Notes under the pieces: generated by a model
What the model was told of the DNA's origin: nothing
What the model saw: only the letters and a program-made list of their open reading frames with translations
The model's database searches: none
Source of the DNA: Seison nebaliae
Lineage: Eukaryota
Reading direction: 5' to 3'
Length of the DNA: 54,476 nt
Assembly: GCA_023231475.1 (NCBI GenBank)
Contig: JALJEE010000101.1
Coordinates: 1 to 54,476, forward strand
In this document: one piece after another, positions 25,760 to 38,165 of the stretch
Position numbering within the stretch: the first letter of the stretch is position 1
Layout: the number at the start of each line of letters is the position of its first letter
Made by a program: the position numbers and the translations under genes

Positions 25760-26899
25760 TCAGGGAAATATTTCCCAATAATTCAAGACCTGTCGCCCTT
25801 TTTCTTTCAAATAACATTTACCTCCGTTTTGGCAATCACAATCGTAATTAATTGGCCTTTCTATATTTAACCTAAGAGTCGAATGATTATAATGACAATG
25901 GTCTTTGCACGATTCACAAATGTTATATACAGAACAACTTTTACAACTAAAAAAATTCAAATTATTTGAATTATGATTTGAGACTCCTCGATTGCATGAT
26001 GTCAAACGGAGTTTAGTTAAATAACAATGAGCATCCGATAGGCGAACAATGCTAACTAAATTTTTCGCATCGAAAAACAATTCGTCGTGTTCATCGATTT
26101 GATCGAAGTGATTTCCAATCGTTTTCTGATTCATATTGATGGAGAATTTATAATAATCTTCATCGATAATTTGTTTAAGTGCACATTTAGTTGAATAAAG
26201 TCCAATAAATGATCGTTTATAAACCTTGAGAATTATTTGATTTAACGGTGCGAAAACAAGAATCTGTTTGGGCTCTTGTTCGAATATCTTCTTAAATAAT
26301 ACCTCCAGATGATCAAACATCGAAATGTCTACACACATCGATTTATTGACCCCACTTAGGAATATATTGACTCTTTTCGTCTTCTTCAGAACTTGATCAA
26401 AATTGTTTCCACTATTAAGTTCTTGTTCTTCTAATAATGAGATCTGTTGATTGAAGAAATTCATTTTATCCACGGCTATATTTTTCGCTACATGAGCCAA
26501 TCTTTGACATTCTTCTTCTTCTTTCTTTTTCTGTAATTCCATTTCTATTTGCTGTAAGCACATCATTTCTTTATCAGTTAGAGAGTCATATACTTCACGT
26601 ATATTTTCCATCAAATTTTTTGTCGATTCCGCGATAATCTTCATAGTTTTTGTATTCAATTCGACATTTTCCACTTTGCCAGTTATTTTCATGAATTTTT
26701 GGGACATTTCAACTACAAATGGATCAACAACATAATCCTGTCTCTCTTGATTTTTCCGACAAATTGCACATCCGTTCTCTTTCATACTATTAAGACAAGC
26801 CGTGCAAAAATGATGACCACATATTTTCGATCGTTCCTTTAGAACAAATGGAGTCAAACAAATGGAACACGACAAAATATTTGTTATATCGTCCAACAT
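25760..26899 (-). CDS. RING-HC E3 ligase-like protein with coiled coil and C-terminal Cys/His (UBR-box-like) zinc finger
   Basis: CSIC…CGHHFCTAC…CAICR; E/K/Q-rich coil; CKSC…ICESCKDHCHYNH…CDCQNGGKC. Confidence 0.8.
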   Translation of the reverse strand: MLDDITNILSCSICLTPFVLKERSKICGHHFCTACLNSMKENGCAICRKNQERQDYVVDPFVVEMSQKFMKITGKVENVELNTKTMKIIAESTKNLMENIREVYDSLTDKEMMCLQQIEMELQKKKEEEECQRLAHVAKNIAVDKMNFFNQQISLLEEQELNSGNNFDQVLKKTKRVNIFLSGVNKSMCVDISMFDHLEVLFKKIFEQEPKQILVFAPLNQIILKVYKRSFIGLYSTKCALKQIIDEDYYKFSINMNQKTIGNHFDQIDEHDELFFDAKNLVSIVRLSDAHCYLTKLRLTSCNRGVSNHNSNNLNFFSCKSCSVYNICESCKDHCHYNHSTLRLNIERPINYDCDCQNGGKCYLKEKGRQVLNYWEIFP

Positions 26900-27772
26900 T
26901 TACTAAATGAAAAGAAATAAAATACAATAGAAATGAATTACTATTAGATATTATTTCCAAAATGACTCAAGTAAACATTACATCTATTTAATAAGAACTT
27001 GTCCGGATTTTGCAGTTATAAAGCTTTTTACACAAACTAAAGATTAATATTTTAAAATATTTTAAAATATTCCAGAATATTTAAGAGATGAAATCGTCAT
27101 TGGAAGAAAACTTATCACTGATAACATGTACAGTAATCTATCTCATTTTCTTTTTAATTTACCCTATTTAGATTTGATTTTATAATAAATAAAAAATAAT
27201 AAAAAAATAATTATTTTTCCCAAAAAGTCACTTCCTCGATGTTTATTTTTTCTTTTAAATATATTATATTAATATACTAAAAATAGAACTGCTGATGTAG
27301 AAGTTTAAAAACTTAAAATTTATTTTAAAATAATTTCTAGAAAGCAATAAACAAATCGACAATTAATTAATTTCCCATAATGTTAGTTCCTTTCATGTTT
27401 ATTCTTTGAATTAAAATTAATGACTAATGTAATTTATCATGAATCTAAAGTTACTAAAACACATCGTTAGTTTGTATTAAAAGTTTATGCATCATATTTA
27501 CCATTGACAAACAATTCACTTTAGTAGATAATAAAGTTTTACAAATTACAATTCAATTTATTACGATGATAAGTATTTTGAAATAAGAATAAAATTTACA
27601 GAACACTTTTTTTTCAACAAGCAATGATTGTCTATTTTCTATTCTATTTTCGTTCTGAAATAGCTGAGGTAGATTGTAATTAAGGAGAATAATTAAGTTT
27701 AAAGTAATCATGGAGAATATTAACAAGAATTATTGAATTAAGTTAATGAATTTAGAACGAATTTCCCGAAAG

Positions 27773-28125
27773 CTAATTATTTGAAAAGTTTCTGATGGAA
27801 TCACTCCACAATGTCGCCATACGTAACTTACAAATTTCTTCTTTGAAATTTTGACGGTCATTCTCATCATCGACGCCAATGTACATCAAATCGTTTTCAG
27901 TGAGTTTGATTAGCCAACACCCTGAAATATATTAGTAAGGAAATGGTCTCATGTCAAGCGAGAGAGAGAACCTGCCAATTCATGTTTAATAATTACATCA
28001 GCATATTTTGGATACAATGTTTGAGAGGAAACATATTTTAGCCATAGTAACACGTCCTTAACGCACCATTCCTCGACTGGGTACATCAATTGCTTCTTCA
28101 TCAATTCATGGTCGTTTGCGAACAT
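27773..28125 (-). CDS. Aveugle/SAMD10/SAMD12-like stand-alone SAM domain protein, 2 exons, absent from the ORF track
   Basis: MFANDHELMKKQLMYPVEEWCVKDVLLWLKYVSSQTLYPKYADVIIKHELAG|CWLIKLTENDLMYIGVDDENDRQNFKEEICKLRMAT…*. Intron 27922-27971 (GTTCTC..TCAG). Confidence 0.85.
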
Positions 28126-29046
28126 GATTTCTCTAATTTTAAATTTCCTTTAAACATCCATCATGAGATGGGTTGATTAATTGGTTTACGTCAACAAATT
28201 AAGTAAGAGATTTTATTAGAATAAATTCAGTTTTTGAACGTTTGGCAGACGCAGATTTTTTATTGAAATTACGAATAATTTAATTTGCAGAATTTACGCT
28301 GTGCATTTTCAAGTCTTCAATTTTCTCCTCTGGTTTATATTTCGTATCTACGAAGTATATGCATGTTAAATACACACGCACACATTTCTTATTCATGAGA
28401 TATCCATATATATATATATAAATTACATAAACACCCACTTCGTTTTACAAAAGACGTTCTCCATTTCCAAAGTTCATTTCAGAACATTTTCTTAGGGAAG
28501 ATTCATAGTTACTCGTTTGTTTTTCGGGCAATTAGTGCTGATGATAATGCTTCCTTATTTTTCTTCCAGTGAATGTGACGAGATTTAAAGGATAAAAAAG
28601 AAAATGTACATCTCATTTTTGTTAATGTTGATAAGTGTCTAAATTCTTCTAATTGAGGAGCTGATGATTTCATTTGAATGTCAAATTTTATTTTATGTTT
28701 AATTGATGTTTATATTATGTAATATGGGCTGATCGAAGAAGGAGCAAGGTCAAATAATTTTCCGCTTCCTCTCCACTAAAATATTCGAATGGAAATTAAA
28801 ATGGGAAGGGAAAATTCATTCGCAATGTACATTGCAATCTGCCACATGAATAGGTGAGACTAGGTAAACCTCTCGACTCGACGTCGTGAATAGAAAAATG
28901 AGAATTTGATAAGAAAGGTAAACAACAAATTATTTGTGTTTTCTAATCTCCATATTTCTGTATTATCCACCTATAATTTTCTTTCTTTTTCTTCTAGAGA
29001 TTTCGAGTTGAATATTTAGAGTAAGAAAGTTGTAAAGAATAAAGAA

Positions 29047-31572
29047 ATGAAAAGACGACAATTGATTGGAGTCGCTTGTTTACTAACTGTAACTTTTATC
29101 AATGTTTTAATAATTGGTTTTCTAACTAATTCGTATGTGAAGAGACTTAAAAAGAATGAACGATTATTTAAAGTTGAAATGGCTGAGCAGTTTGGGAGGC
29201 ACATCTTCTTCCAACCTTCTTATGCTAATTATCTCGATTGGTTCAACATGAATACCACCGAAGGATTTATGCCTCATCAAACGGTCAGTACTGGAGTGTT
29301 CATCGATGTATTCCTTTATCGGAAAGATGGATCATCTATCAAAACACAGGAGACATTTAGAATTTTGTCATTGATCGATAACTCAATCAGAACATATGAA
29401 ACGACATTCGTTGACAAACGTCTTACTATGGACAATACTTGTGCGAAATTCTTAAGTGAATGTTATGTCATCAATGGAGTTATTATCAAAAGTGAAAAAT
29501 ACCAAAAAAAATTGCTCGATGGAGAAGTCAATTATCCGACAGATCTTGCCGCTGCTACAGCAGTTCCAGTTAAAGAGTTTTATGGGGACGATCTGATTTT
29601 AGCCAATCTATCCATTCCAACATATGACAATGAAGATGATAGTTATGACTATTATGATGCCGTGGAGAAGACGAGAAAAAAACGTTCGAAACGACAAGAT
29701 GAAAAAGATTATTATGGTGAAATTGAAGGTGATACTCCACCATCAATTCCAACATTAATTATGAAAGATTTTTTCCGAACTCGAATGCGTTATAATTTCC
29801 GTTTTGATACTTATGAACAATTTGTGGAATCATCAAAATTTGTGAAAGATTGGTATAAAGATAATAAGAAGAATTTTACTGCAATGTTTGAACCAAGTAA
29901 TAATGAATCAATTTCGAGTGAATATGAATTAGGACTTCTCTCATCAGGTAATACGATGGATGACATTATCATTTCAATTACTGGACAAACGAACTATCTC
30001 GTCAAAGTAATATTTTCATGTTTGATAATAATTTTATTATTCATTGGAGTATCACTCAAATTCCTGTTATGGGATGGAAGAAAAGGGAAGCGTAATATTT
30101 GTGAGAAAATGCAGAAATTTTGGGAATGTTCAATCAGTGGCTTGTTGATCTACTTGACGATTATTGCACTTTCACTTTTAGTATTACCAATTCCATATAT
30201 ATTGACAGCTTTGATCGCTATTATCACTCATGTCTACTTGAAATTCCTTTTATTACGACTGGAACCGACGACTGGTTTTCGAGAATATATCTTCGCTCTT
30301 TGCTACTGTTTGATCATGGGAATTTGTTCAGCATTCTTTTGGTTCTTTTTCGCAACCATTTATTTCTTCCTCTTTATCATTCATCTGCTCTTTAATCCCG
30401 TCCAATATTTAGTCCGACAACTGAGATGTGGCGATTGTTGTCTCGGACAAATAGATGATGATGATATCGATGATCGTTCACATCAAATGGAATTAAAATC
30501 ACATTATTCCAAAGTAGAAATGAGTGACATCAAACACGATTTGGTACATCCGACGAAAAGTTATTTAGAGAATATTTCAGAGACAAAACGACCCTTCAGT
30601 TGGGCGTTCATCATTCTCTTAGTTTTCTGTGCGGTGGAAGTAGTCATTTTCCTCTCATTGTTGGGTAGTCGCAATCATTTGGGTGATACTAGATTGCGGT
30701 TGGTTCCAATAGATAAATTTTTTGGAAATGATACTCTTTCCGATAAAGCGATGAATCAAATCTTGACAAATTTCAGAAATGGAGCACCAATGGGAATGTT
30801 CTATACGAACAAATATACCATCAAAGATCACAAACGAACATATGTTCGAATAAAGAAATTGTTAAACGAAACGGATATATTTCGAATTCCATATATCCAA
30901 TGTACCGGCGATGAAATTAATTCAATCGATAATTTTGTCAATTGGTATGGGAAGGATGCCGATTGTAAAAAAGAAATTACTACTTACGTAGATGGAACGG
31001 TTATGAATGAATTGGATGTGAAGAATATAAAAAACGGATATACGAGATTTGCAGTTCAATTGAAAGAATTAAGAATCGATAATTCTGTTATAAGGAAATT
31101 TAATTATCTGAAATCAGAATTGAAGAAAATTTCTTTTTATGTTTTCAATGTTCCACTCAGTTTCCTTGTCGATCTATTATCGACCACTTCCTGGATTACT
31201 ATAATGCAAATCATTATATCATTCACATTCGCCATCTTTGCATTTTTAGACAATAAGTTTCTATGTCGTTTATTGTTTCTTCTCATTTCATTACAATTCC
31301 TATTAATTCCCATTTTCGCAGATGTCACATCCGCCTTATTTACTATAACACCTGCCAACTTCATTTTTTTCTCTATCTCACTCACTCTTGGCATGCTTCA
31401 ACGAAGTGATAAGTGTCCAAGTTTATTCACTGTTGTTGTAGCCGTTGCATTGCTCACCATATTCTTCATGAACATTACATCGTTCCTTATGATTCATCTC
31501 TTGTTTTTCCCCTTATTTACCTCGATTTTTTTCGCGATTATTGCAGTTGTCGGACGACGATTTACTGAATAA
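29047..31572 (+). CDS. Divergent Patched-related (RND-like) multi-pass membrane protein
   Basis: Topology of TM, large loop (MDNTCAKFLSECYV…VNYP), TM cluster, cytosolic loop, TM, second large loop and TM cluster. Confidence 0.55.
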   Translation: MKRRQLIGVACLLTVTFINVLIIGFLTNSYVKRLKKNERLFKVEMAEQFGRHIFFQPSYANYLDWFNMNTTEGFMPHQTVSTGVFIDVFLYRKDGSSIKTQETFRILSLIDNSIRTYETTFVDKRLTMDNTCAKFLSECYVINGVIIKSEKYQKKLLDGEVNYPTDLAAATAVPVKEFYGDDLILANLSIPTYDNEDDSYDYYDAVEKTRKKRSKRQDEKDYYGEIEGDTPPSIPTLIMKDFFRTRMRYNFRFDTYEQFVESSKFVKDWYKDNKKNFTAMFEPSNNESISSEYELGLLSSGNTMDDIIISITGQTNYLVKVIFSCLIIILLFIGVSLKFLLWDGRKGKRNICEKMQKFWECSISGLLIYLTIIALSLLVLPIPYILTALIAIITHVYLKFLLLRLEPTTGFREYIFALCYCLIMGICSAFFWFFFATIYFFLFIIHLLFNPVQYLVRQLRCGDCCLGQIDDDDIDDRSHQMELKSHYSKVEMSDIKHDLVHPTKSYLENISETKRPFSWAFIILLVFCAVEVVIFLSLLGSRNHLGDTRLRLVPIDKFFGNDTLSDKAMNQILTNFRNGAPMGMFYTNKYTIKDHKRTYVRIKKLLNETDIFRIPYIQCTGDEINSIDNFVNWYGKDADCKKEITTYVDGTVMNELDVKNIKNGYTRFAVQLKELRIDNSVIRKFNYLKSELKKISFYVFNVPLSFLVDLLSTTSWITIMQIIISFTFAIFAFLDNKFLCRLLFLLISLQFLLIPIFADVTSALFTITPANFIFFSISLTLGMLQRSDKCPSLFTVVVAVALLTIFFMNITSFLMIHLLFFPLFTSIFFAIIAVVGRRFTE

Positions 31573-32031
31573 CTTTTCAATTCTATTTCTAAATATGTTG
31601 AAGATATATAATTGAGAATCGAATTATAATTTACTAGTTTTCTACGTTTCATACATATAATATCTAATAATATATAATATATTTTCATCTTCATCAACAA
31701 TAATGTTCGTTTTATTTTGATTTCTTTAAATAAAATTTCTCATCCTAGCATTTCTTCTTATTAAATGTGAAAAGAAAATGTAGAATTTTATCAAAACTTT
31801 TCTTTTCGTATCCATATTGAAAGTTCAATTACATTGGCTTCCTTGAAAGTGAATAAGGAAAATTGAGGAAGTGCAGGAAAAGAAAGTAAAAAAACGTTGA
31901 ATTCCTAGGAAAATGTTGTTGTCATAGCAAATAGGAAAATCGAAAGTGTTTGTGGTTGATCAAAACTATAAGTAGTTAAAGTCATATGATTGAGAGGGAA
32001 TTGGAACTTTCATTCGCATATTCAACAAATT

Positions 32032-32562
32032 ATGTTGACTAGAAGAAGAAGACATTCTGTAGCAACAACCACACTTGCACCTTTGTTTTCTCAAAGTCAA
32101 AAGAGACTTGAGAAAGGGTCGCTAAAAAAGAATCGGGTTTTTATGAATAGTGCGTCACCTCATCCTGCAAAAACGAAAAAAGGAACAACTATTCATCTGG
32201 ATAGCTATGTGCTTAAATCATCTTTTTATACAACAAAACCATCAACTATTTGTACGTTGCCCAAAGATACGGTAAACGAACCATTTCTTCAAAATTTCAT
32301 CAAAACACCATCTATGAATCGTCGTTTCTCTTTATTAAGTTTTAATGAATTGGACGAAACATCTTGTGACCAGACTGAAATGATCGAAAAAGATAAATTT
32401 AGTTCAATTAATTCATCGGAAAAATCAAAACAACGTCCTACTAAAAGAAGATATTCGATTGCTAACGTAAATAATCAGCTGAATGTCAATGAAACGAACT
32501 TAACATATTACGGTTCTCGAAAGAAGAGACCCCTACCAATGATCAGTGATATCAATGAGTAG
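32032..32562 (+). CDS. Orphan basic, Ser/Thr-rich protein
   Basis: ATG at 32032. Repeated RRxS motifs (RRHSV, RRFSL, RRYSI); AATAAA downstream at about 32655. Confidence 0.5.
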   Translation: MLTRRRRHSVATTTLAPLFSQSQKRLEKGSLKKNRVFMNSASPHPAKTKKGTTIHLDSYVLKSSFYTTKPSTICTLPKDTVNEPFLQNFIKTPSMNRRFSLLSFNELDETSCDQTEMIEKDKFSSINSSEKSKQRPTKRRYSIANVNNQLNVNETNLTYYGSRKKRPLPMISDINE

Positions 32563-32977
32563 AGCCGTTTTTATTAAACACTTTATTTTTGTGCATTTTT
32601 TATTGAACAAATATTTCACTTTATCCAATATCTGAATCGTAAAATCTTTTTTCCAATAAAATATCTCATTAGTTTTGTAGTTTGTTTCAAATAAATTTTT
32701 AAATTATTATACGCTATGAATTTTTTATTATCAAGTTTTTAACGATTAATTAATAAATCATGCTTATTATCGCCAGAAAGAAAATAAGAATATGATATAG
32801 GGTAAGTCTGCTGGAAAAGTGATTGTTTATTATCTTTTAGTAAAAGTTTTATAACTAAATATAGTTATTACACCGATTGATCAACACTGACGAAGATCGA
32901 AATTTTTTTTACAATTTTTTCTACTTTATCCCGACGACAATTTTAATCAATAAATAATAATAATAAAATAATATATA

Positions 32978-33400
32978 TTTTTTTTTTTTTTAAATTATAT
33001 AGTCAAATCCCCTCGGGGTAAATTAAAAAGAAAATAAGATAACTGGTTGTACACATTATCCGTAATAATATGATTATATTATAATATAATGTTTCATAAA
33101 TAAGTTTTCTGATTTGTCTAATCTTTTCTGTCTAATCTATTAAAGACTCAGAAGCAAATTGAAATAGTATATAGTCGAAGTGATGCATATGCCAAGATAT
33201 ATTGTCCTAATAAAGAAAGACTAGAAACTAAAATTGAACGCATGGAAGGTGGTTAGAATATTTGACCAGTATGCACCGTCACATGATTGAAGTCTTTGGA
33301 GAAACTTTGGAGCTGAACGACGATGTTCTTCTTCTAATTTCCGTCAAGTGTTAATACATTTATCTTAAGTAGGATAATTACTTTACACTCTCTTTTACCT
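32978..33400 (-). mobile_element. Truncated LINE 3' end with poly(A)
   Basis: T-run 32978-32991. Minus strand reads YFLFNLPRGDLTI* into the tail, with a stop-interrupted coding-like region upstream. The 5' boundary is approximate. Confidence 0.55.
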
Positions 33401-33819
33401 TTTATATCCCATTCAAATTCGACATCAGTCGTCTTTACGTTTATTATAGTTTCTTTGTTTAAGTTAAAAAATTCTCATCTTTCCAGCACACTTACACATA
33501 TGTAATTTTATTCTATTCGTTGACTATTTTAATACATTAGGTCAATAAGTTCATTCTAGTGACAGATATAAATAAAAATAAAATAATTGTTTTGAATAAT
33601 TAAATATGAAAAAAATTTGTTTAACAATAAAATTGATTAGAGTGAAATTGATAATAAGAAGATTTGATTACTTGCGCACTTTGTTTGATTGAAATCGTGA
33701 TTAATTAAAAAATAATAAATTGAATCGAATCGTAATAACAACTCAATTTGGTTGAAAGATGACATTAAAGAGAGGTTAAAATGAAATCTAGAATGCGGAA
33801 GTAAACCTGATTGAAACAG

Positions 33820-35773
33820 ATTATTTATGTCTTCCGAATAGTGAAGTTGAAGCGAATCCAATTTTGAAAATCAATGCACGAAAAATTAGAACCAATGTCG
33901 AAGAACATAAGGTGGGAAAAATTCAATGTTATCCTCCAAAGGAAACTCCCACTGTCGTCAAGGATTCACTTACGCAAGATTTATTAAAGTCTAGAAATGT
34001 CGATCGACGTAGTAAGATTTATCGGAAATGTGCCACTCAACTGCCCATGAAAGAAACACGAGTACAAAGTTTTTTTGTTGGTGGTCGATATAACAGGTAA
34101 AATTAATTTACTCAAAACACTCTTAATTTTCCTTAAAATAGACATGATACGGTGGATTACAATACTTTACGAAAATGGGGTTTATTTGTTCATAAGGAAA
34201 ATCCTGAGATTTGTCATGTTCCTGATGAGAGACTAGAACGATTTAAGACATTAATGGAAATCGGAGGCGTTTGTTAAAAATTATAAAATTTTCTTTTACC
34301 TTATATGAATTTCCATTAGCGAAAGAATATTTTTGTGGAAGGGAAAGTCTTTTGAGAAAACAATTGAACTTTTCGAATAAACAGAATGAACAAATGATTC
34401 CATCAAACAAAACCAAACCAACATTCGAAAGTCCGAGTAAGATGTCACTAGTGACAAATGAAGAGAGTGTACAAAATTCTTCGAGATATTCATTAATTTC
34501 AAAGAAGATTATGAATATGAAAAGTAAAGAGATGATGCACGAAATTGATGATGATGAAGACGAGAATAAAACACATTTGGAATCTAGTACATCTGATCAA
34601 TCGGGATTCAATGAACTCGAATCAAATATCTTCCCCTTCTTACCTGCAACCATTGAATTTCGAATAGGTAAGTTGGTGAATATGTTTCAAAAGAATAAGT
34701 ACGACATAAGATATTTGGGACAATCTCTCCCCAATTCCTTTTACTTCTTCATCGAAAATATCATATTAGATTCGGCATCAAAAGAATTTTATATTTGGTT
34801 AGAAAAGATAAATCATTTCATTCTGGATTATGGGAAGAAATTGATGACCAGTAGTATTCTTTATAAGTTGAGTCGATATTATACGAAACAATTAGAATTG
34901 TGGTATATTCTTACAAAGAAATATTATAAATTCAATTATGCTTCTTGTATCGATTTCCTACATATTCTTAATACGATCGGCCGAGTATTTTATAAGATAA
35001 AGAATTTGAGAGTTCAACGAGTCGTTCAGGAGGCATTGGCTGAAAGTGGAATAAATTATAGTGACCGATTTAATCATCAATTGAAAGAGTATATCGATTT
35101 TGTCATGTTACACGGTCCACCACAAACTGGTGCTGCGAAAAAATTTGAAAAGCAATATTTGAGCGGTTTATTACTTAATCAACTTCGAGATATTTTCGAC
35201 GAATTTCCAAATTTGTCTTATTCAAGCATCTATCCTTACGGTTATTATCAACAATTGATTCCCGTATCAACAGTTTCAAACAGAAAAAATTTCGAAATCA
35301 TGCCAGTTTCAATAGTTCCAGTAACCGTTAATCGTTTTATATAATTATCATTTTATAACTATAAAATTTAGATTCATACACCTGGTAGATATTCCGTCAA
35401 TCTTTACCTCCAACATCGTCGTGTTTCAATTGCTTATGACAAAGAAATAAAAAAGAATGGTGGATATCCTATTCCAGATTTGGTTGATCGTTTACCGGAA
35501 CTTTCTTCAACATTCTTACAAAAAGGAACGAAACTTGGTGCCGGTGGTATGGAAAGAGCAACAGTTTCATTGAACAGTCTCCAAAATTTCAATATCAAAG
35601 ACACAAAGGCAGCAAAAGAATCGTCAACAAATTCTTCCTCTTACTACAACTACTACGGAGAAACAAGTTTCAGTAGCACATATTCCAGACGGAAGTCCAA
35701 TAACTTCTTTCCGTTTACTGTTCGGTTTATTAAACGTTCTTATAGATATGGGAAGGTGGCTAAAAAATTTTGA
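33820..35773 (+). CDS. Multi-exon orphan protein; 5' exons from about 33605 unresolved
   Basis: ORF pieces 33864, 34271 and 35480 join through introns at about 34097-34141 (GTA), 34273-34319 (GTT) and 35327-35371 (GTT) into one frame ending GKVAKKF*. Confidence 0.65.
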
Positions 35774-36990
35774 AAACTATTCTCGAACAACCGTTCATTT
35801 TTCAAATGTTCTTTTGTACTTAATTCTCAAATTTTCTTATTACATTCTCATCTTTTAATATTTAAAAAAACAATAAAATTTCATATCTATAATTTGAAAT
35901 TTGTACTCCTACAAACTATAGTTTGTAATTTATAATATTTATAACCATAATATAAAATGTGTCGTTTATAAAATACATTTTTCGTCCGTTTTATATTCAA
36001 TCTATTGATAATACTTTTTTCATTCATCAATATTATAATATAGAATACTTGTTTGAATTATTTCATAGGAACGAATCAGAGAATAACATATATATGTTAA
36101 TTAACAATTCTTTATTTCAAATAAAATTCATCATCTCTTCTTATGATCATTTGTTTTATTGCGAACATTGAATAGTATGTTATTTCAAACTCTAAATACT
36201 GCTGGAAATTACACCTTATTTAAACCCTAAATAACATGTTTTGTCAAGCTCTAATATAGGACTAGAAATTAGACCTAATTTAGCTCCTAAATAATATGTT
36301 TTTCTTAAGCCCTCAAATTTTAATATTTTAGCCCTTATTTAGTGCGTATTTGTATACTAGGGAAGGTAAGAAATTCGTATGATAACAACTTCAGTCGATA
36401 ACGTTTTCTACAAAATTTCAAAGGTTTTTCGGTTCATTTTTTTTTCGAATAGAAACAGTAAGAACGATTTTTATCATTCTTTGTAATTTCGCTGTCATTC
36501 AAACGGAATTTCGATGTTATCCGTCTAATTTAATTAGAAAGTTAATTAAACTTGATACTTTTCTGATCTAATACACTTTACTTACCTTGATTTATTCAAC
36601 TTGTTTCTTATCACATTTAAATATATACATATTGAAGTAAATCAGATAAATACCATAAATAAAATTGACGTAGTAAACATTTCGACTCGAAGGAAGTTAA
36701 CAACGAAATTATTTGAAGACTAATTTTACCAATCAATAACGAAGTTAAAAAGTTTCATGCAAAAATGGGAAGAGCAAAATTCGTAAAAAGTACGGCAATA
36801 ATCATCGTTACTTCCGAATTCAAGATAGAAAATAATCATATGAAGAATGGTCGATATGCTACACTTATTCATATCTCACCCACCAACAAAACAATAATTA
36901 CAATTTGAACCATGTGATCTGTGTCTGAATTGAAGAAAATGTGAAAGAAGGAAATTTTTATTGAATTACATATCTAAACGTAATTATTTC

Positions 36991-38165
36991 TGTCACAACA
37001 GAATGAACCGAAAACCGAAATCGATTCGGTTTTGGTTCATTCAAATTGATTCTATTGAGAGCATTATAAATAAACGTTGTTTTACGAATAAACAGTTTTT
37101 ACGTTTTTGTCTTTTACGACTGTTCCTTCCTTTTTCTTCTTTCGCTCCTTTTTTATCGTATACGTAAATGTCGAGTAGCGACAATTTGGCGACCACGGCA
37201 GGACTAGTCGATGATATCAACATTGACGATGCCGAAACTGGAATTGGAGGCTGTGACGATGTGATCAGCCTATATCCCATCATCACAGCCTCCAATTCCA
37301 GTTTCGGCATCGTCAATGTTGATCTTGTCATTAATTGGCTCCTGCTGGTTACTAGGCTTATACTGGCCTTGCTCATTGCATACGCGACTACGCCTATAGC
37401 TAACTTTGATGCGTCTGCGAAAACGTGTAGTTCGCGGTCTCCCTCTGTCAAATGACGAGTTATTCCTATCTTGCAACATTGCGCCATTCTTGCTTTCAGT
37501 TCGTTCCACCGCTCGTAATTTACCTCTTTTAATTGTTGGTCCCAATTCGAACCCGTTGTGGCCTCCGATGTGAAGTGCTTAATTGCCACCAGTAGAGGTC
37601 CATGGAAGCCCATAGGATCATAAAATTTCGCCGCCTCGGAAATTAATAATCTTCTAGTTGTTATGTCGTCTGAAAGTTCAGGTAAAATTGTATAAAGCTT
37701 GTTCTCCTTCCATTCCATTCCTAATACTTTGCTTGCGCCTTTCGGATCCAAGGTTGTATTCCAATTTCGTAAATTGAATCCCCCTAACTTGAATACTTCA
37801 GTAATGTGGCGCTTGTACTTCATAGCTTGAGCTTCGTCGTTAATCGAACAAACGAGATCATCTACATAAAGTCCTCGTACTGTCCTTCGCTTCCATTCCT
37901 CGTCAGTGACGTATTGCTCTAGATGTTTCAGGATAACCCCTCTCAGTATGCCGGGTCCACAATTTAGACCAAAAGGTCCACAATATATAACCAAAACCGA
38001 AATCGATTCGGTTTTGGTTCATTCAAATTGATTCTATTGAGAGCATTATAAATAAACATTGTTTTACGAATAAACAGTTTTTACGTTTTTGTCTTTTACG
38101 ACTGTTCCTTCCTTTTTCTTCTTTCGCTCCTTTTTTATCGTATACGTAAATGTCGAGTAGCGACA
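36991..38165 (+). mobile_element. Rearranged, non-autonomous BEL/Pao LTR retrotransposon
   Basis: 5' LTR 36991-37183 (TGTCAC…GCGACA, 193 bp); PBS TGGCGACCACGGCAGGAC at 37187-37204; 5'-truncated 3' LTR about 37989-38165, nearly identical; 5-bp TSD ATTTC at 36986-36990 and 38166-38170. Confidence 0.93.
37278..37985 (-). pseudogene. BEL/Pao pol fragment (RT C-terminal part to RNase H), inverted within the element
   Basis: PFGLNCGP, LYVDDL, FNLRNW, KVLGMEW, FYDPMG, LHVFADAS and TMPKLELEA motifs. Confidence 0.92.

Noticed and set aside
36220..36360. Degenerate cctaaataa-atgttt repeats as a MITE
   Set aside because: Only two or three loose copies, with no TIR pair or TSD.
37041..37277. C-terminal part of the 317-aa ORF and the overlapping ORFs 36961, 37168 and 37270
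   Set aside because: They are translations through the hairpin arm, PBS and LTR. The shared peptide comes from the inverted repeat.
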